Part shown: positions 1 to 11,824 of the stretch, in pieces | Position numbering within the stretch: position 1 is the stretch's first letter | Layout of the letters: each line of letters opens with the position of its first letter | Source: an uncultured bacterium | Lineage (GTDB): Bacteria > Chloroflexota > UBA5177 > JANWHV01 | Assembly: GCA_963827235.1 (NCBI GenBank) | Contig: CAWHAE010000009.1 | Span: 384,001 to 448,000, forward strand | DNA length: 64,000 bases | Direction of reading: 5' to 3' | Made by a program: the position numbers and the translations under genes | The notes under the pieces: model-generated | Told to the model about the DNA's origin: nothing | The model's database searches: none | The model's input: only the letters and a program-made list of their open reading frames with translations

Positions 1-754
1 GCGGGTGTGGGTGCACGCGGGCGGCGGCATGCTCCGCGGCATCTTGATGTCGGGCTCCAAGCCCATCCATCTGCTGCACAAGAAGGCCAAGGCGGCCAAG
101 ATGGACGAGCTCTTCGTCGACCTCGGCCTGCCGGCAGAGAAGGTGCTCGAGCTGGTGGAGATCGGCGATCCCGTCACGCTCGATCGCGCGACGGAATACC
201 TGGGCGACTGCGTGGTCAGCAAGGCACTGGACGACCGCCTGGGCATCTTCGTCATGATCGAAGCCCTGCGCGCGATGCGGGCTCCGGCCGTCACCATCGT
301 GGCCGTGGCCACCGTGCAGGAGGAAGTCGGTCTGCGCGGTGCCGGCGCGGCGGCCTTCGGCATAGATCCCGACGTCGCGATCGCGCTCGATACCACGTTG
401 GCGGTCGACATCCCGGGCGTGGAGGACGAGCTGGCGGTTACCCACCAGGGAGCGGGCACTGCGATCAAGATCATGGATTCCGCTTCGATCTCGCAGCCGG
501 CGCTGGTACGGCAATTCCGTCGCATCGCGCGGTACCACCAGATTCCCCATCAGCTCGAGATTCTGCCCAGGGGCGGTACCGATGCCGGCACCATGCAGCG
601 CAGCCGCGGCGGCGTCGCCGCCATCACCCTGTCCATTCCCAGCCGCTACGTGCACACGGTTAACGAGACGGCACATCTCACCGACATTCAGGCCAGCATC
701 GATCTGCTCGCCAGGTATCTGGAGGAAGCGCATACCGGCGAGCTGAGCTCCTAA
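1..754 (+). CDS. M42 family metallo-aminopeptidase (5' end outside window)
   Basis: Motifs SKALDDRLG, VQEEVGLRGA, ALDTT, GGTDAG and SIPSRYVHT are typical of M42/TET peptidases; the frame is open at the window edge. Confidence 0.9.
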   Translation, partial: RVWVHAGGGMLRGILMSGSKPIHLLHKKAKAAKMDELFVDLGLPAEKVLELVEIGDPVTLDRATEYLGDCVVSKALDDRLGIFVMIEALRAMRAPAVTIVAVATVQEEVGLRGAGAAAFGIDPDVAIALDTTLAVDIPGVEDELAVTHQGAGTAIKIMDSASISQPALVRQFRRIARYHQIPHQLEILPRGGTDAGTMQRSRGGVAAITLSIPSRYVHTVNETAHLTDIQASIDLLARYLEEAHTGELSS

Positions 755-896
755 GGCATCCAGATTGGCATCCGCGCCCTGCGTCGCCACCGCTGATAGC
801 GCCTACCGGAGCTACCCCTCGCGGCGAAAATGCCGCGGAGGGGCAGCGCTAAGCCCAGCAATAGGTCTTCTGTGGTAGGCATGCGAAGCATTCCGT

Positions 897-2450
897 CTAC
901 TTGAGATCGGTCCTCGGCGTGGTCGGTAACAGCAGCGGTGGTCGTGGCTGCTGATTGAAATCGAAGTCGTTGACCAGGTTGCCAAGGATCGACGCGCTCT
1001 CCCGCACGGCCGGACGGGAGTCAGGCCGTCCGTCCGTCTTCGGATCCAGGCGCCGGCTTCCAAGGAAGTCGTCTTCGATGAACTTGTTGTAGGCATCGAA
1101 GGAGAGCGTCTGATGGTCGATGTAGCCCTTTTTCGCATAGGGGCTGATCACGATACCCGGCACGCGCATGCCGTAGCCGTTCTTGTCTACGGTTGGCGGC
1201 ACCACGTGGTCGTAGAAGCCGCCCCAGTCGTCCCAGGCCAGGAAGATGGCTGTGCTGTCCCAGTCTGGACTCCTCATAATGGCGTTGATCAGCCCGGTGA
1301 CGTAACTCTGACCGGCCGTGATGAGATAGGGCGGGTGCTCGCTGAGGGCCAGGCTCGGTACCACCCAGCTCACCGCGGGGAGTGTACCGGCCTTGGCGTC
1401 GGCATAGAAATGCGTGAGATCCTGAATATTGCTGGTCTGCTTGTCCTGCTTGACGTCCGTGAAATACGGCAGGGGATTCCAGATGTACGGCGTACCCTGC
1501 CGTTCCTGCCGCGTCAGCTTCTGAACGTCGGCGGGCGAGATCGTGCCCTTCGGCAAGGAGGTCAAGTTGACAGACCCCGGTGCGACGTAATACTTCCAGC
1601 TCACCAGTTGCTGACTCAGAAGATAGGTGATGTCTGTCCAGGCATAGTTGCTCGGTACCACCTCGTTGCGCAATGCCTGTCGCTGTGCAGTCGGCAGCGA
1701 CCGACCGAACAGGGACAGCAGGCCGGCCAGGTTTTGCGGTGGCGTGCCCGAGGGAGATTGCAGCGCGGACGCGCAGCTCATCGGATCGTTCTGCTTGCTG
1801 CATACGGCTGACCAGCCCGACACCATGTAGAGGTGCGAGGGCAGGCTCCAGGAGGCGTTGGGCTCGTACAGGTGGTCTTGCAAGACGAAGTTGTTCGCGT
1901 ACGTCCAGTAGTTGAGAATGTCGCTCCCGTTGTGGTAGCCCATCACGTCGATAGCGGAACTGTTCGTGCAGCTCGGATTGGTGTTGTTGCCGCAACCCTT
2001 ATTAGCGCTCTCGGCCTGCCCGATGAAACCGTCCATCTTGCCGCCATCGAGATCCTTGGTCGACGCGGACGCCGTATGGGGGCCGCCGCCGTCCCCGTCC
2101 GAGGTATCGTGGTAGGGTTTCTGACAGATGCCTTTCTTGGGATCGGGGACACAGACGGCAGGGACACCATGTTTCATGGGGATGCCGTCGGCCCCGGGAT
2201 AGGTGCCGAAGTAATTGTCGAACGAGCGGTTCTCCTGCATGATCACGACCACGTGCCGGATCTTCTGGATACCGGATGCGGCATTCGCCCGCGGTGATCC
2301 GCCCTGAAGCCGGGGAATAATCGCGCCGGCTGTGAGCGCAGACAGTATAATCGCCGCCAAACCAAGCCTTCTTGCCTGTCGTGCCCCCCGTCCAGGTGCG
2401 TGTGGGTCTTGCCGGCGCCTGGAACCCGCCGGCCTGGCTGTTCCACTCAT
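897..2450 (-). CDS. Secreted phosphoesterase / phospholipase C (alkaline phosphatase superfamily)
   Basis: [35 protein letters not shown] and [15 protein letters not shown] motifs; N-terminal hydrophobic segment; GAGGAGAGG RBS before ATG at 2450. Confidence 0.88.
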   Translation of the reverse strand: MSGTARPAGSRRRQDPHAPGRGARQARRLGLAAIILSALTAGAIIPRLQGGSPRANAASGIQKIRHVVVIMQENRSFDNYFGTYPGADGIPMKHGVPAVCVPDPKKGICQKPYHDTSDGDGGGPHTASASTKDLDGGKMDGFIGQAESANKGCGNNTNPSCTNSSAIDVMGYHNGSDILNYWTYANNFVLQDHLYEPNASWSLPSHLYMVSGWSAVCSKQNDPMSCASALQSPSGTPPQNLAGLLSLFGRSLPTAQRQALRNEVVPSNYAWTDITYLLSQQLVSWKYYVAPGSVNLTSLPKGTISPADVQKLTRQERQGTPYIWNPLPYFTDVKQDKQTSNIQDLTHFYADAKAGTLPAVSWVVPSLALSEHPPYLITAGQSYVTGLINAIMRSPDWDSTAIFLAWDDWGGFYDHVVPPTVDKNGYGMRVPGIVISPYAKKGYIDHQTLSFDAYNKFIEDDFLGSRRLDPKTDGRPDSRPAVRESASILGNLVNDFDFNQQPRPPLLLPTTPRTDLK

Positions 2451-2502
2451 CGATCCTCTCCTCATCTTGGGTGGCGGCGATCGCAAATCCCTGCCTCGCA
2501 GT

Positions 2503-2892
2503 CTAGAGCGCACTCAACACGGGATGCGGCATCGTATCCAGGGCAGTCACTTTGGCCAGGAGTCTCGCGTACACCTGGCCTTCCCGCGAGGCGCTCATGA
2601 TGCCCCTGCCGGCCGCGGTGTCGAGCCGGGTCTTGGTCCGGGCAAGCAGTGCGGTGGCGAGATCGCCCGCGCTCTTATACTTGGTTCCCGCGATCTCCAG
2701 CAGGCTGTCCCCCTTGAGGAGATCCATGGCCAGCACGCCGGCGCTCACGCCTTCCACCCGTGCTATGGGGCTGCAATAGTGTGCTGAGACGACCGGTTGT
2801 GCCGGTGCTGCCTGCGCCACCGCTGTACCGGTCGTCCCTATCAGCCCGGCGAGAACGGCCGCCGCGATCAGCTGCGCTACTCTGCGATTCAC
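2503..2892 (-). CDS. Hypothetical secreted protein
   Basis: Signal-peptide-like N-terminus ([19 protein letters not shown]...AQA); GGAG RBS upstream. Confidence 0.65.
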   Translation of the reverse strand: MNRRVAQLIAAAVLAGLIGTTGTAVAQAAPAQPVVSAHYCSPIARVEGVSAGVLAMDLLKGDSLLEIAGTKYKSAGDLATALLARTKTRLDTAAGRGIMSASREGQVYARLLAKVTALDTMPHPVLSAL

Positions 2893-3084
2893 GACTCTTC
2901 CTCCAGATTGTGGGAGCTTCAGCTTTCGTGCGTCATGCTGCCGCGGCGGGCGCGCTCGTGACCGCCCGACCGCACGGCCATCCGCATCGTAGTCCGATCA
3001 CCTTGGCAAGTTGTGACCAAACTGTGTGCTGGGCTCGGGCGTTTGCCCTCACGGAGGCGTCCTGGGCGGCGGACTTGTCGGGAC

Positions 3085-3290
3085 CAAGGAGGACGGCCAC
3101 CAGTTGCAGCGCCCCAGGAGCACCACCGCTCGGGGCACCAGCAGGGTGCGAACCAGGAAGGTGTCCACGAGCACGACCAGGCAGGCGTGCGAGTCGAATT
3201 CGCGCTCCTGTTGGGTCACTGGTGTCCCGGCAGCCAGGACCCCTCGCCTGAGCGGATCGATTTCCTGATCGCCTCGGCGTAGCCGGGCTT
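3085..3290 (-). pseudogene. C-terminal remnant of MMPL family transporter
   Basis: LVVLVDTFLVRTLLVPRAVVLLGRCNWWPS matches the characteristic MMPL C-terminal motif; the rest of the gene is absent; boundaries approximate. Confidence 0.65.
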
Positions 3291-3299
3291 CGGTCCAGG

Positions 3300-3440
3300 C
3301 GGGCGGCGCAGCAAGGCGGAGGCACGAACGACCAATTTGCCCGGCGAGAACGGTTTGCCGGCATAGCCGTCGACGCGCTCGGCAAAGCAGCGCAAGCGGT
3401 CTTCCTCGACCCGGGGCGCGGTGAACATGAGCTCGAGAGC
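3300..3440 (-). pseudogene. Remnant of OmpR-type response regulator receiver domain
   Basis: LMFTAPRVEEDRLRCFAERVDGYAGKPFSPGKLVVRASALLRR resembles the receiver C-terminus (…DDYxxKPFSxxELxxRxxALLRR); boundaries approximate. Confidence 0.55.
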
Positions 3441-3769
3441 GGCAATCTCGGCTGCAGAGCTGGAAAGGGTACGATATGTCGACACAGCTGCCGTGGCAGG
3501 AAAACAAACACAGGTTGGCGCTTGTGCGCTGTCCCGGCTTCATGGTGGCCAATCCTCTATCCAGTGGCCGCAAGACCGTTCGGAGGGAGTCATGGATGTC
3601 GACAAGGTTGTCTGAGCTATGGGCCCGTACGTGCTTCCACGCTCTACGGTCGCGCTATCGTCGCCGGCCGTTGGCCGCCTCCGGGGCGACGAAAGCCAGA
3701 ACGTGGGAGGCCGATCCGGCATGCCGGTGCACTCTAGTGTTTTGATACCTTCTTGAGGGAGCAGTCTCC

Positions 3770-5326
3770 ATGCATTCTGTAGCGGACGATCGTGCGGTGC
3801 CATCAACACCCAGAAGCGAAGCCATGCGGCAACTCTATCGGCCGCAATTCCACTTCTCGCCGCCCAGGAATTGGATGAATGATCCCAATGGCCTGGTGTA
3901 TTACGAAGGCGACTACCACCTGTTCTATCAGCATAATCCTGATGCCATGGTGCACGGCACGGAACGGCCAATGCACTGGGGCCATGCCATCAGCACCGAT
4001 CTGGTGCGGTGGACCGATCTTCCGATCGCCTTATCGCCGGATCACCTGGGCGACATCTGGTCCGGATGTGCGGTGGTGGATCATGAAGACAGTGCAGGTT
4101 TGTTCGCCGGTCAGGCTGGGCTCGTTGCCGTTTTCACGCAGAGCCTGGATAGCCTGCAGCAGCAGAGCATCGCCTACAGTAGCGACAAGGGCCGGACCTG
4201 GACGATGTTCCCGGGAAATCCCGTGCTGTCCAATCCTGGTTTGCCCGACATGCGCGATCCCAAAGTGTTCTGGCATGCGCCTGCGAAGCGATGGGTCATG
4301 GTCCTTGCCTGCGGTGACCACGTCCGGCTCTATACGTCGCCGGATCTGATCGGCTGGACGCATGTCAGCTCCTTCGGCCAAGGGCATGGATCCCACGCCG
4401 GTGTCTGGGAGTGTCCGGATCTGTTCTCCTTGCCGGTTGACGGCGATCCAAACGACCGAAGATGGCTGTTGTCCGTCAGCGTGGGAAATGCTCAGTTTAG
4501 CCGTGTCCAGTACTTCGTCGGTCGATTCACCGGTGACGAGTTCATCAATGACGACGCGGCCGGCGTGATCAGGTGGGCCGACTGCGGCGCGGACAACTAC
4601 GCCGCTGTCACGTGGTCGGACACATCTCTTGCGGATGGACGCCGAGTGTGGATTGGCTGGATGGCCTCGCCGTCGTATGCCGAGCGGGTTCCTACGAGTC
4701 CCTGGAGAGGCTGCTTGACACTGCCCCGCTTCCTCGATCTGCATGCAACCGGGCACGGTCTGCGGCTGGCACAGACCCCTGTCCCCGCATTGCGCCAGTT
4801 GCGCGGAGAGGGCCGTCACTGGGCGCACACAACGGTCGTGCCCGGGACAAACCTTCTTTCGGGCACTACAGGGCGAGCACTTGAGTTCGCAGGGCAGTTC
4901 GCGCCGCCGGTGTCGACGGAGTTTGGCTTTCGGGTACATACGAACGGCGAACACTACACAACCGTTGGATACGACTCGAGAACCTCGACGTTGTTCATCG
5001 ATCGAACCGCTTCTGGACTCACGTCCTTTAGCCCGCGCTTCTCAGGCCGTCATGAGGTCCAGCTCCCCTTGCGAAACGGTGCCCTCGAGCTCCAGATCTT
5101 CATCGACTGGTCGTCGATCGAAGTCTTTGGCAACGGCGGTGAGGCCGTGATCACCGATCTCATCTTCCCCGATATCGACGCACTCGGCCTGGAACTCTAC
5201 GCTTGCGGCGGCGAGGTCGCGATCGAGTCCCTGGATATCTACCCCGTTATGTCGATCTGGGAGCCTGGCTCGCCGGTCTTGACCGTGCCCGACACCTGTT
5301 TGGCTGCAGATCCAACCGACCAGTAA
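3770..5326 (+). CDS. Glycoside hydrolase family 32 (levanase / exo-inulinase / beta-fructosidase)
   Basis: WMNDPNG, WSG, RDPKVFW and WECPDLF catalytic motifs; C-terminal beta-sandwich with IDWSSIEVF. Confidence 0.93.
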   Translation: MHSVADDRAVPSTPRSEAMRQLYRPQFHFSPPRNWMNDPNGLVYYEGDYHLFYQHNPDAMVHGTERPMHWGHAISTDLVRWTDLPIALSPDHLGDIWSGCAVVDHEDSAGLFAGQAGLVAVFTQSLDSLQQQSIAYSSDKGRTWTMFPGNPVLSNPGLPDMRDPKVFWHAPAKRWVMVLACGDHVRLYTSPDLIGWTHVSSFGQGHGSHAGVWECPDLFSLPVDGDPNDRRWLLSVSVGNAQFSRVQYFVGRFTGDEFINDDAAGVIRWADCGADNYAAVTWSDTSLADGRRVWIGWMASPSYAERVPTSPWRGCLTLPRFLDLHATGHGLRLAQTPVPALRQLRGEGRHWAHTTVVPGTNLLSGTTGRALEFAGQFAPPVSTEFGFRVHTNGEHYTTVGYDSRTSTLFIDRTASGLTSFSPRFSGRHEVQLPLRNGALELQIFIDWSSIEVFGNGGEAVITDLIFPDIDALGLELYACGGEVAIESLDIYPVMSIWEPGSPVLTVPDTCLAADPTDQ

Positions 5327-5456
5327 TGGTTGTAAGCAGTGATCGAAACAGAGGGACAAGTGTCGCAGCCAGCCGCTCGAGGTCCGGATAGACGAAAGCA
5401 ACTACAATTCGTTCGCGACGATCACTACGCATCGGACGACCACCCCATGTCCGCGT

Positions 5457-6015
5457 CGCACCTCGCTCGGCCCCATGTCCGCGTTCGCGATCAGGCCTGT
5501 CCCGGCAAAGCGCGCCTGCTGCCGCTCCCGCGCCGCCTGCACCGCATGGGACGGCTCGCCCTGGCTCTCGCCCGTCAGCTTCTCGTACTGCACTCGCGGC
5601 ACTTCCACGTGGATGTCGATGCGGTCCATCAGCGGCCCCGACAGCCGGTGCTGGTACTTCGCTATCGCCCCCGGCGAGCACGTGCACTCCCGCACGCTGT
5701 CCCCGGCATAGCCGCACGGGCACGGGTTCATCGCCCCTACCAGCATGAACTTGGCTGGAAAGGTCACCGAGCCATTCACCCGGCTGATCGTCACCGTGCC
5801 GTCCTCCAGCGGCTGCCGCAGCACTTCCAGCCCCGCCTGGCCGAACTCCGGCAGCTCGTCCAGGAACAGCACCCCCCGGTGCGCCAGCGAGATCTCGCCC
5901 GGGCGCGGCCAGCGCCCGCTTCACATGCTCCTGGCCGCGCACCGCGGAGAAGTCCACCGCCGGGCTGGGCTGGACGTCCAGGTCCAGAGCCAGGGGCGTG
6001 GCTACCGCCGTGTCA
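5457..6015 (-). pseudogene. comM: Internal comM/yifB fragment (copy 1) with 12-bp and 245-bp internal deletions
   Basis: 5457-5919 aligns to 12335-12809 (about 4 substitutions by eye plus a 12-bp deletion), then jumps via the 11-bp repeat CCAGCGCCCGC to 13044 onward; Walker A is lost. Confidence 0.9.
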
Positions 6016-6021
6016 CGCCGC

Positions 6022-6501
6022 CTACTGACCCTGCACGACGAGCGTGTAGCAGCCCTGGTTGTGCAGGGTACAGCTGCCGGCACGCAGCTGCACGCTGTAC
6101 ACCGCCGGCTCATTCCAGTCCACAGGAGCCGGGCCGGTGCCGCGCGTCAGCAGGCTGCCCACGACCGGCACCCGGCGCAAGATGTTCCAGGTCGAGTCGC
6201 CCGCCTGCACTTCCAGGGGAAACTGGACGCCCGCATTCTGGGTCGCATCGTCGAGAAGGAGCGCCTGCAGATAGCACAGGGTCACGCTCGGCGCACAGGG
6301 ATAGAGCTCGACGGCCGTGCCGCGGACCAGCAGCGTACGGCCAACCCAGGCAGCCGGGTTTCGCGCCAGCCCGGCAGAGATCTGCGCCACGCTGTACACC
6401 GGCGCGGCGGCAAGCGGCCGCGCCGGCAATGGCCGGGGGCGGAGCCACCAGGTCGCCAGCCCGGCGCCGAGCAGGAGCACCAGAGCATATCTCATCCTCA
6501 T
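6022..6501 (-). CDS. Hypothetical membrane-anchored/secreted protein
   Basis: MRMRYALVLLLGAGLATWW signal/anchor, then VYSVAQ..WVGRTLLVRG and paired Cys; stop codon abuts the comM fragment. Confidence 0.6.
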   Translation of the reverse strand: MRMRYALVLLLGAGLATWWLRPRPLPARPLAAAPVYSVAQISAGLARNPAAWVGRTLLVRGTAVELYPCAPSVTLCYLQALLLDDATQNAGVQFPLEVQAGDSTWNILRRVPVVGSLLTRGTGPAPVDWNEPAVYSVQLRAGSCTLHNQGCYTLVVQGQ

Positions 6502-7035
6502 CAGACTGACCCTGCCAGCCCGGTCCTTCAATCCTCCGCGCTTGCGGACGGCGCATCCTGTGCTGGCGGCTGACCGCGCAGCCAAGGTCTCGCAGCCCGG
6601 ACATACTGGTCCGCCGCCCCAGACCCTGCGCGTGCCGAGCGATCGGCACAGCCGGCGGAACGGGCGCGCTGCCCGTGGCGGCTCTGCAGGCAAGACCAGC
6701 GTGCCGGATTACCAATGCGCTTCCCCTACCGGTGTACCACCACGCGACATTGTGCGACGCTCTCAAGGACCGGCAAGCGGCTGGGTCTCCTGTCGCCTTC
6801 AGCTTCCAATTGCATTGCTCGAACTGTGGGCAGAGGCGCTGCGCCGCGTTGATAGCGGATATCCTAGCGTTGATGGTGGAGTCGAGGAATGACACCATTG
6901 CAGAGACCTTGACCAAGGCCGAAGAGTGGAAAAGCCCGAGAGACCCTGCGGGTCTCGTCACCGTCGTGGAGGCATCGATGTCAGGGTGCACCGCTGGCAC
7001 ATCTTGGGACAGAGCAACGCGGCAAGGAGTAGCCG

Positions 7036-7923
7036 ATGGCGATGAACGTAACTAAGGCGGTGATCACGGCGGCCGGGCCCGGTCAGCGCACCCTGCCGGT
7101 CCAGATGCTCATTGACCGCGATGGCGTCGAAAAGCCTCTGCTCCAAATCTTCGTCGAGGAAATCGTGAGCGCCGGGATCGAGGAAATCGGGGTGGTCGTG
7201 GCCCCCGGAGATGAAACGTCGTACCAGGAGGCAATCGGCGACCGGGATGGCTTGGGCCACGGTTACCGCGGCGCCAACGTGACGTTCATCTGCCAGGAAC
7301 GTCCTTTAGGGTATGGTCACGCCGTCTACTGCGCCCGCGACTTTGTCGGCGGCGAGCCCTTCCTGCACCTTGTCGGCGATCACCTCTACGTCTCCGGGAG
7401 CGAGAAGTCGTGTGCCCGTCAGCTGGTCGAAACAGCCAGCGCCCAGGAATGCGCCGTCTCGACCGTGCAGGCCACGCGGGAGAGTCTGCTCCCCTACTTC
7501 GGCGCCATCGGGGGCCGCCGCATCCAGGGACGCCGCGAGCTCTACCTGGTTGAGACGGTTATTGAGAAGCCGGCGCCAACCGAGGCGGAACTCAGGCTTG
7601 CCGTCCCCGGCCTGCGGGCTGGGCACTACCTCTGCTTCTTCGGCATGCACGTGCTCACACCCACGATCATGGAGATCCTGAGCGATCAGCTGGCAGAGGC
7701 CACGGCCGCGACCACGCTCTCCGCGGCATTGGCCAGGCTCGCCGAGCGAGAGAGATACCTGGCTCTCGAGGAGCACGCTTGGCGGTACGACGTCGGCGCC
7801 AGGTACGGCATCTTCAACGCGCAGCTTGCCCTGGCGCTCAGTGGGAAGGACCGCGCCGAGGTGCTCTCGTTGCTCCTCGAGCTGGTGGCGCAGCGGGACC
7901 TCGGCGCAACGCAGAGGTCATGA
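7036..7923 (+). CDS. GalU-like sugar-phosphate nucleotidyltransferase
   Basis: [37 protein letters not shown] and VIEKP motifs of the NTP_transferase family; AAGGAG RBS. Confidence 0.85.
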   Translation: MAMNVTKAVITAAGPGQRTLPVQMLIDRDGVEKPLLQIFVEEIVSAGIEEIGVVVAPGDETSYQEAIGDRDGLGHGYRGANVTFICQERPLGYGHAVYCARDFVGGEPFLHLVGDHLYVSGSEKSCARQLVETASAQECAVSTVQATRESLLPYFGAIGGRRIQGRRELYLVETVIEKPAPTEAELRLAVPGLRAGHYLCFFGMHVLTPTIMEILSDQLAEATAATTLSAALARLAERERYLALEEHAWRYDVGARYGIFNAQLALALSGKDRAEVLSLLLELVAQRDLGATQRS

Positions 7924-10900
7924 TGAGCGGGCAACTCGTCGAGATCCTCACATCTACCGACCCGGCAGTTCGCAACCGATCACTCGATGCGTGCTGCAGA
8001 ACGGCGTCGCTGGCCGAGCTTCAGCGCGAATGCGCGGACCTGGAGGCCCTGCGGCACACCAGTGCCAATCTCTACGAGCGCGTGCGCGCACTGTTCTTCC
8101 TGTACGCCATCCACCGCTTCCACGTGCCGGCCAAGCTCACTGGGCCAGCTTCTGGGCTGATTCCCTATGAGGGCTATGCTCGCCTGCTGCAGCGGCGCTT
8201 CGAAGAAGCGATAACGGAGTTCCTCGGCGCCGGACGAAGCTCTGGCAATAGCGCAGCGATTTCCAGCGCCCTGGCCGAAGCCTACCGCCGCCTCGGTTTG
8301 CAGACGCTGGCCGATCAAGTGCGCCGAAGCGTCCGCTCGGTGCGCGGCAATCAATGGATGTTCCGCGTCGGCCATCCCATGGACCAGCCACTTCGCGTGC
8401 GCCACGAACTGGTGGAGCGGTCGCCAGATGGCCTGTTCCCGATCCTCCATGAGGCAACGCCGGTCCGCATGGACCTGAACCACTGTGCCTGGAGCGACAT
8501 CTTCTTTCTCGGGATGGATTATCCCGAGGGCGCCCGCGTGCTGAACGTCTCGATAGACCTCGCGGTCCGTGGGCGCGAGCCTTCCCCGCGCCCACCCGTG
8601 GAGGCATACTTCCGCGTCATCGACGAGCCTGTCCTCCGCCTGGCGAGCGTGGATCTCGGCGCCACGGCAGAGATAAAGAGCCTCGCCGAGGTGTTCGACT
8701 ACGCCGCCGACTACCTCGGCCTCCTCAAGGCCGCGGTCATCGCGTCTGGTCTCGTTCCTCCTGGGATCGAAGGCTCCGGCGAGCGCCTCGAGGACCTGCT
8801 GGCTCGTGTTGCCGGCGAAGGCAAGGGTATCGAGCTCGTCAGCCGTGTCAATGGCATCCCAAAGGGCTCGCGCCTCGCGGTGTCGACCAACCTGCTTGCC
8901 AGCCTGATCGCGGTGTGCATGCGAGCAACCGGCCAGACCGCCTCGATGGTTGGCGAACTCGCCGAAAGCGAGCGGCGCATCGTGGCGGCACGCGCCATTC
9001 TGGGCGAGTGGTTGGCGGGCTCGGGCGGGGGATGGCAGGACTCGGGCGGGGTCTGGCCCGACATGAAGCTGATCACCGGCGTTCTGGCCTCACCGGACGA
9101 CCCAGAGTACGGCATCAGCCGCGGCTGTCTCTTGCCGGTGCACCACATCCTCACCGCGGACGAGGCGTCGGACGACACCCGCAGCCGCCTCCAGGACAGC
9201 CTGGTGCTCGTCCACGGCGGCATGGCGCAGAACGTCGGACCGATGCTCGAGATGGTAACCGAGAAGTACTTGCTGCGCTCCGAGGCCGAGTGGGCCGCGC
9301 GGCAGGAGGCCGGCGCCATCCTGGACGAGATCCTTGGCCTCCTTCGCACGGGCGACACCCACGCCATCGGCGCCGCAACCACGCGCTGCTTCCTCGGGCC
9401 CATTCGCACGATTGTCCCACGTGCGACAAACCTCTTCACCGAGTCGCTGATCGATCAGGTGCGAGCTGAGTTTGGCGAAGCGTTCTGGGGCTTCTGGATG
9501 CTCGGAGGAGCCTCCGGAGGTGGGATGGGCTTCATCTTCACGCCGGAGCGGCGAGATGCCGCGAAGGACCGCCTCCAGGAGATCATGCTGCAGACGAAGC
9601 GGCGCCTCGAGCACGCGCTGCCCTTTGCCATCGATCCGGTGGTCTACGACTTCGCCATCAACACGCGGGGGACGGTTGCCGACTTGCGCTCGGGCGGCTC
9701 GGCCCTGATGCCGTCCGGCTACTACCCGCTGACCATTCCCGGACTCCTCCGGCAGGACCCGCTCAGTCTTGCGCAGGGACGCCGCGTCGAGTTAAGCCGC
9801 GTCGGCATGGTCTGCCGCACCCAGCCTGAGTTCTCCGGCATGGTGCAACGGATCTTCGACCGGGTCATGCCTGAGCCAGGGCATGAAGATGGCAACGGCC
9901 AGAGCCTGCACGACCTGCTCGCCGCACTCGGCTTCGACCGCATCCAGCACGAGCAAATCCGGGCGGACCTGCGGAGCGGCCGTATTGGCCTGGCCCAAAA
10001 CCGGCTACCGGCGCGGACCGTCATCCGCGACGCCGAACCGGGCGACGTGGCCAGCCTCGTGGCGCTGCCGGAACTCCGGACCTTGCAGGAGCGCGGCCGG
10101 CAGCTGGTGGGCGAGGGTGCCGCCGCGGTGGTCACGTTCGCCGCTGGCGTCGGCAGCCGCTGGACCGAGGGAGCAGGTGTGGTCAAGGCGCTCAACCCCT
10201 TCGGCAGGCTCGCCGGCAAGCACCGTACGTTTCTCGAGATCCACCTCGCGAAGAGCCGGCGCCTCGGCCGGGAGTGCGGGGTGGCCTTGCCACACGTCGT
10301 CACTACCAGCTTTCTGACCGATCAGCCGATCCGGGATTTCCTCGAATCCCACGACCGCTACGGCTACGGCGGACCACTGGTACTCTCGCCCGGGCGGAAT
10401 GTCGGGTTGCGTCTGGTGCCGATGACGCGCGACCTGCGCTTCGCCTGGGAGGAGATGCCCCAGCAGCTGCTCGATGAGCAGGCGCAGAAGGTGCGGAAGA
10501 GCCAGCGTGCGGCGCTCATCGGCTGGGCCTTGCAGTTGGGTGAGGGCAGCGACTACACGGACAATGTGCCACTCCAATGTCTCCACCCAGTTGGCCATTG
10601 GTTCGAGTTCGCCAACATGCTCAGGAATGGTGTCCTGGCGCAGCTCATCGCGGAGCGCCCCACGCTGCAGGTGCTGATGGTGCACAACATCGACACGGTG
10701 GGCACGGACGTCGATCCGGCGCTCCTTGCGTGGCATCTCGAGACGGAGGTGGCCATGACCGTGGAAGTGATCCGGCGGTACGTCGAGGACCGAGGCGGTG
10801 GCCTGGCCCGCGCCGATGGACGCTTGCGGCTGGTTGAGGGCCTGGCCATGCCGCGTGAGCAGGACGAGTTCAATCTCACGTTCTATAACACGGGCACGAT

Positions 10901-11243
10901 GTGGCTACATGTCGACCGCGTTCTGGCGGTCTTTGGGCTGACGAGGGCCGACCTCGGCGACGAGGAGCGCGTCGCGGCAGCGGTACGGGCAGTGGCGACG
11001 CGCATGCCGACGTACGTCACGCTGAAAGACGTCAAGAAACGTTGGGGACAGGGCCAGGAGGATATCCTGCCGGTGGCACAGTTCGAGAAGCTCTGGGGCG
11101 ACATGACTGCTCTGCCCGAGCTGGAGTGTCGCTATGTTGAGGTGCCGCGGCCACGCGGGCAGCAGCTCAAAGACGTCGCCCAGCTCGATGGCTGGCTCCG
11201 CGATGGCTCCAGCGACTACGTCGCCTCGATCTGCGCCTTCTAG
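7920..11243 (+). CDS. Fusion protein: GHMP-kinase-like (fucokinase-like) domain + UDP-sugar pyrophosphorylase (UDPGP/USP-like) domain
   Basis: [25 protein letters not shown] and MLGGASGGG (GHMP-like); [26 protein letters not shown] and QFEK (UDPGP-like); ATGA overlap with the upstream gene. Confidence 0.78.
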   Translation: MMSGQLVEILTSTDPAVRNRSLDACCRTASLAELQRECADLEALRHTSANLYERVRALFFLYAIHRFHVPAKLTGPASGLIPYEGYARLLQRRFEEAITEFLGAGRSSGNSAAISSALAEAYRRLGLQTLADQVRRSVRSVRGNQWMFRVGHPMDQPLRVRHELVERSPDGLFPILHEATPVRMDLNHCAWSDIFFLGMDYPEGARVLNVSIDLAVRGREPSPRPPVEAYFRVIDEPVLRLASVDLGATAEIKSLAEVFDYAADYLGLLKAAVIASGLVPPGIEGSGERLEDLLARVAGEGKGIELVSRVNGIPKGSRLAVSTNLLASLIAVCMRATGQTASMVGELAESERRIVAARAILGEWLAGSGGGWQDSGGVWPDMKLITGVLASPDDPEYGISRGCLLPVHHILTADEASDDTRSRLQDSLVLVHGGMAQNVGPMLEMVTEKYLLRSEAEWAARQEAGAILDEILGLLRTGDTHAIGAATTRCFLGPIRTIVPRATNLFTESLIDQVRAEFGEAFWGFWMLGGASGGGMGFIFTPERRDAAKDRLQEIMLQTKRRLEHALPFAIDPVVYDFAINTRGTVADLRSGGSALMPSGYYPLTIPGLLRQDPLSLAQGRRVELSRVGMVCRTQPEFSGMVQRIFDRVMPEPGHEDGNGQSLHDLLAALGFDRIQHEQIRADLRSGRIGLAQNRLPARTVIRDAEPGDVASLVALPELRTLQERGRQLVGEGAAAVVTFAAGVGSRWTEGAGVVKALNPFGRLAGKHRTFLEIHLAKSRRLGRECGVALPHVVTTSFLTDQPIRDFLESHDRYGYGGPLVLSPGRNVGLRLVPMTRDLRFAWEEMPQQLLDEQAQKVRKSQRAALIGWALQLGEGSDYTDNVPLQCLHPVGHWFEFANMLRNGVLAQLIAERPTLQVLMVHNIDTVGTDVDPALLAWHLETEVAMTVEVIRRYVEDRGGGLARADGRLRLVEGLAMPREQDEFNLTFYNTGTMWLHVDRVLAVFGLTRADLGDEERVAAAVRAVATRMPTYVTLKDVKKRWGQGQEDILPVAQFEKLWGDMTALPELECRYVEVPRPRGQQLKDVAQLDGWLRDGSSDYVASICAF

Positions 11244-11417
11244 CGAGGAGCCGTATGCAAACCACACGTCGCGTGGCAGAAGCCCTTCTCCGGTGGGGAA
11301 ACGGTCGGCGTTGTCCAGGGCTGCGTTGCCGCGTTTCCTCAATGGGCGGAGTGTACACCATGGCATAGATACCTCGAATACTGCGGTAGACGGGCATCGA
11401 ACGACTGGATAGGCTCC

Positions 11418-11576
11418 TCAGGAAGTCAATTCGTCGATGAAGGTAGCCGGCGACGCCTGGAAGTACTCCGCCAGCTTCTGCACGTGCGTCATGGCCAGTC
11501 GACGCTTGTTATGCAGAATCTCGGACACGAGTGATCGTCGCCCCAGTACCGGCACGAGATCGGCCTGTCGGAGGCC
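11418..11576 (-). pseudogene. higA: C-terminal HTH remnant of HigA-type antitoxin
   Basis: Manual translation [52 protein letters not shown] resembles the HigA Xre-HTH C-terminus; the 5' part is replaced by the comM fragment; not in the ORF track. Confidence 0.7.
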
Positions 11577-11824
11577 CGGACAGCCGGTGCTGGTACTTCG
11601 CTATCGCCCCCGGCGAGCACGTGCACTCCCGCACGCTGTCCCCGGCATAGCCGCACGGGCACGGGTTCATCGCCCCCACCAGCATGAACTTGGCCGGAAA
11701 GGTCACCGAGCCGTTCACCCGGCTGATCGTCACCGTGCCGTCCTCCAGCGGCTGCCGCAGCACTTCCAGCCCCGCCTGGCTGAACTCCGGCAGCTCGTCC
11801 AGAAACAGCACGCCCCGGCGCGCC
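11572..11824 (-). pseudogene. comM: Internal comM/yifB fragment (copy 2), Walker B to SGP
   Basis: 11580-11824 aligns to 12531-12775 with 6 substitutions counted by eye, 4 of them synonymous. Confidence 0.92.
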
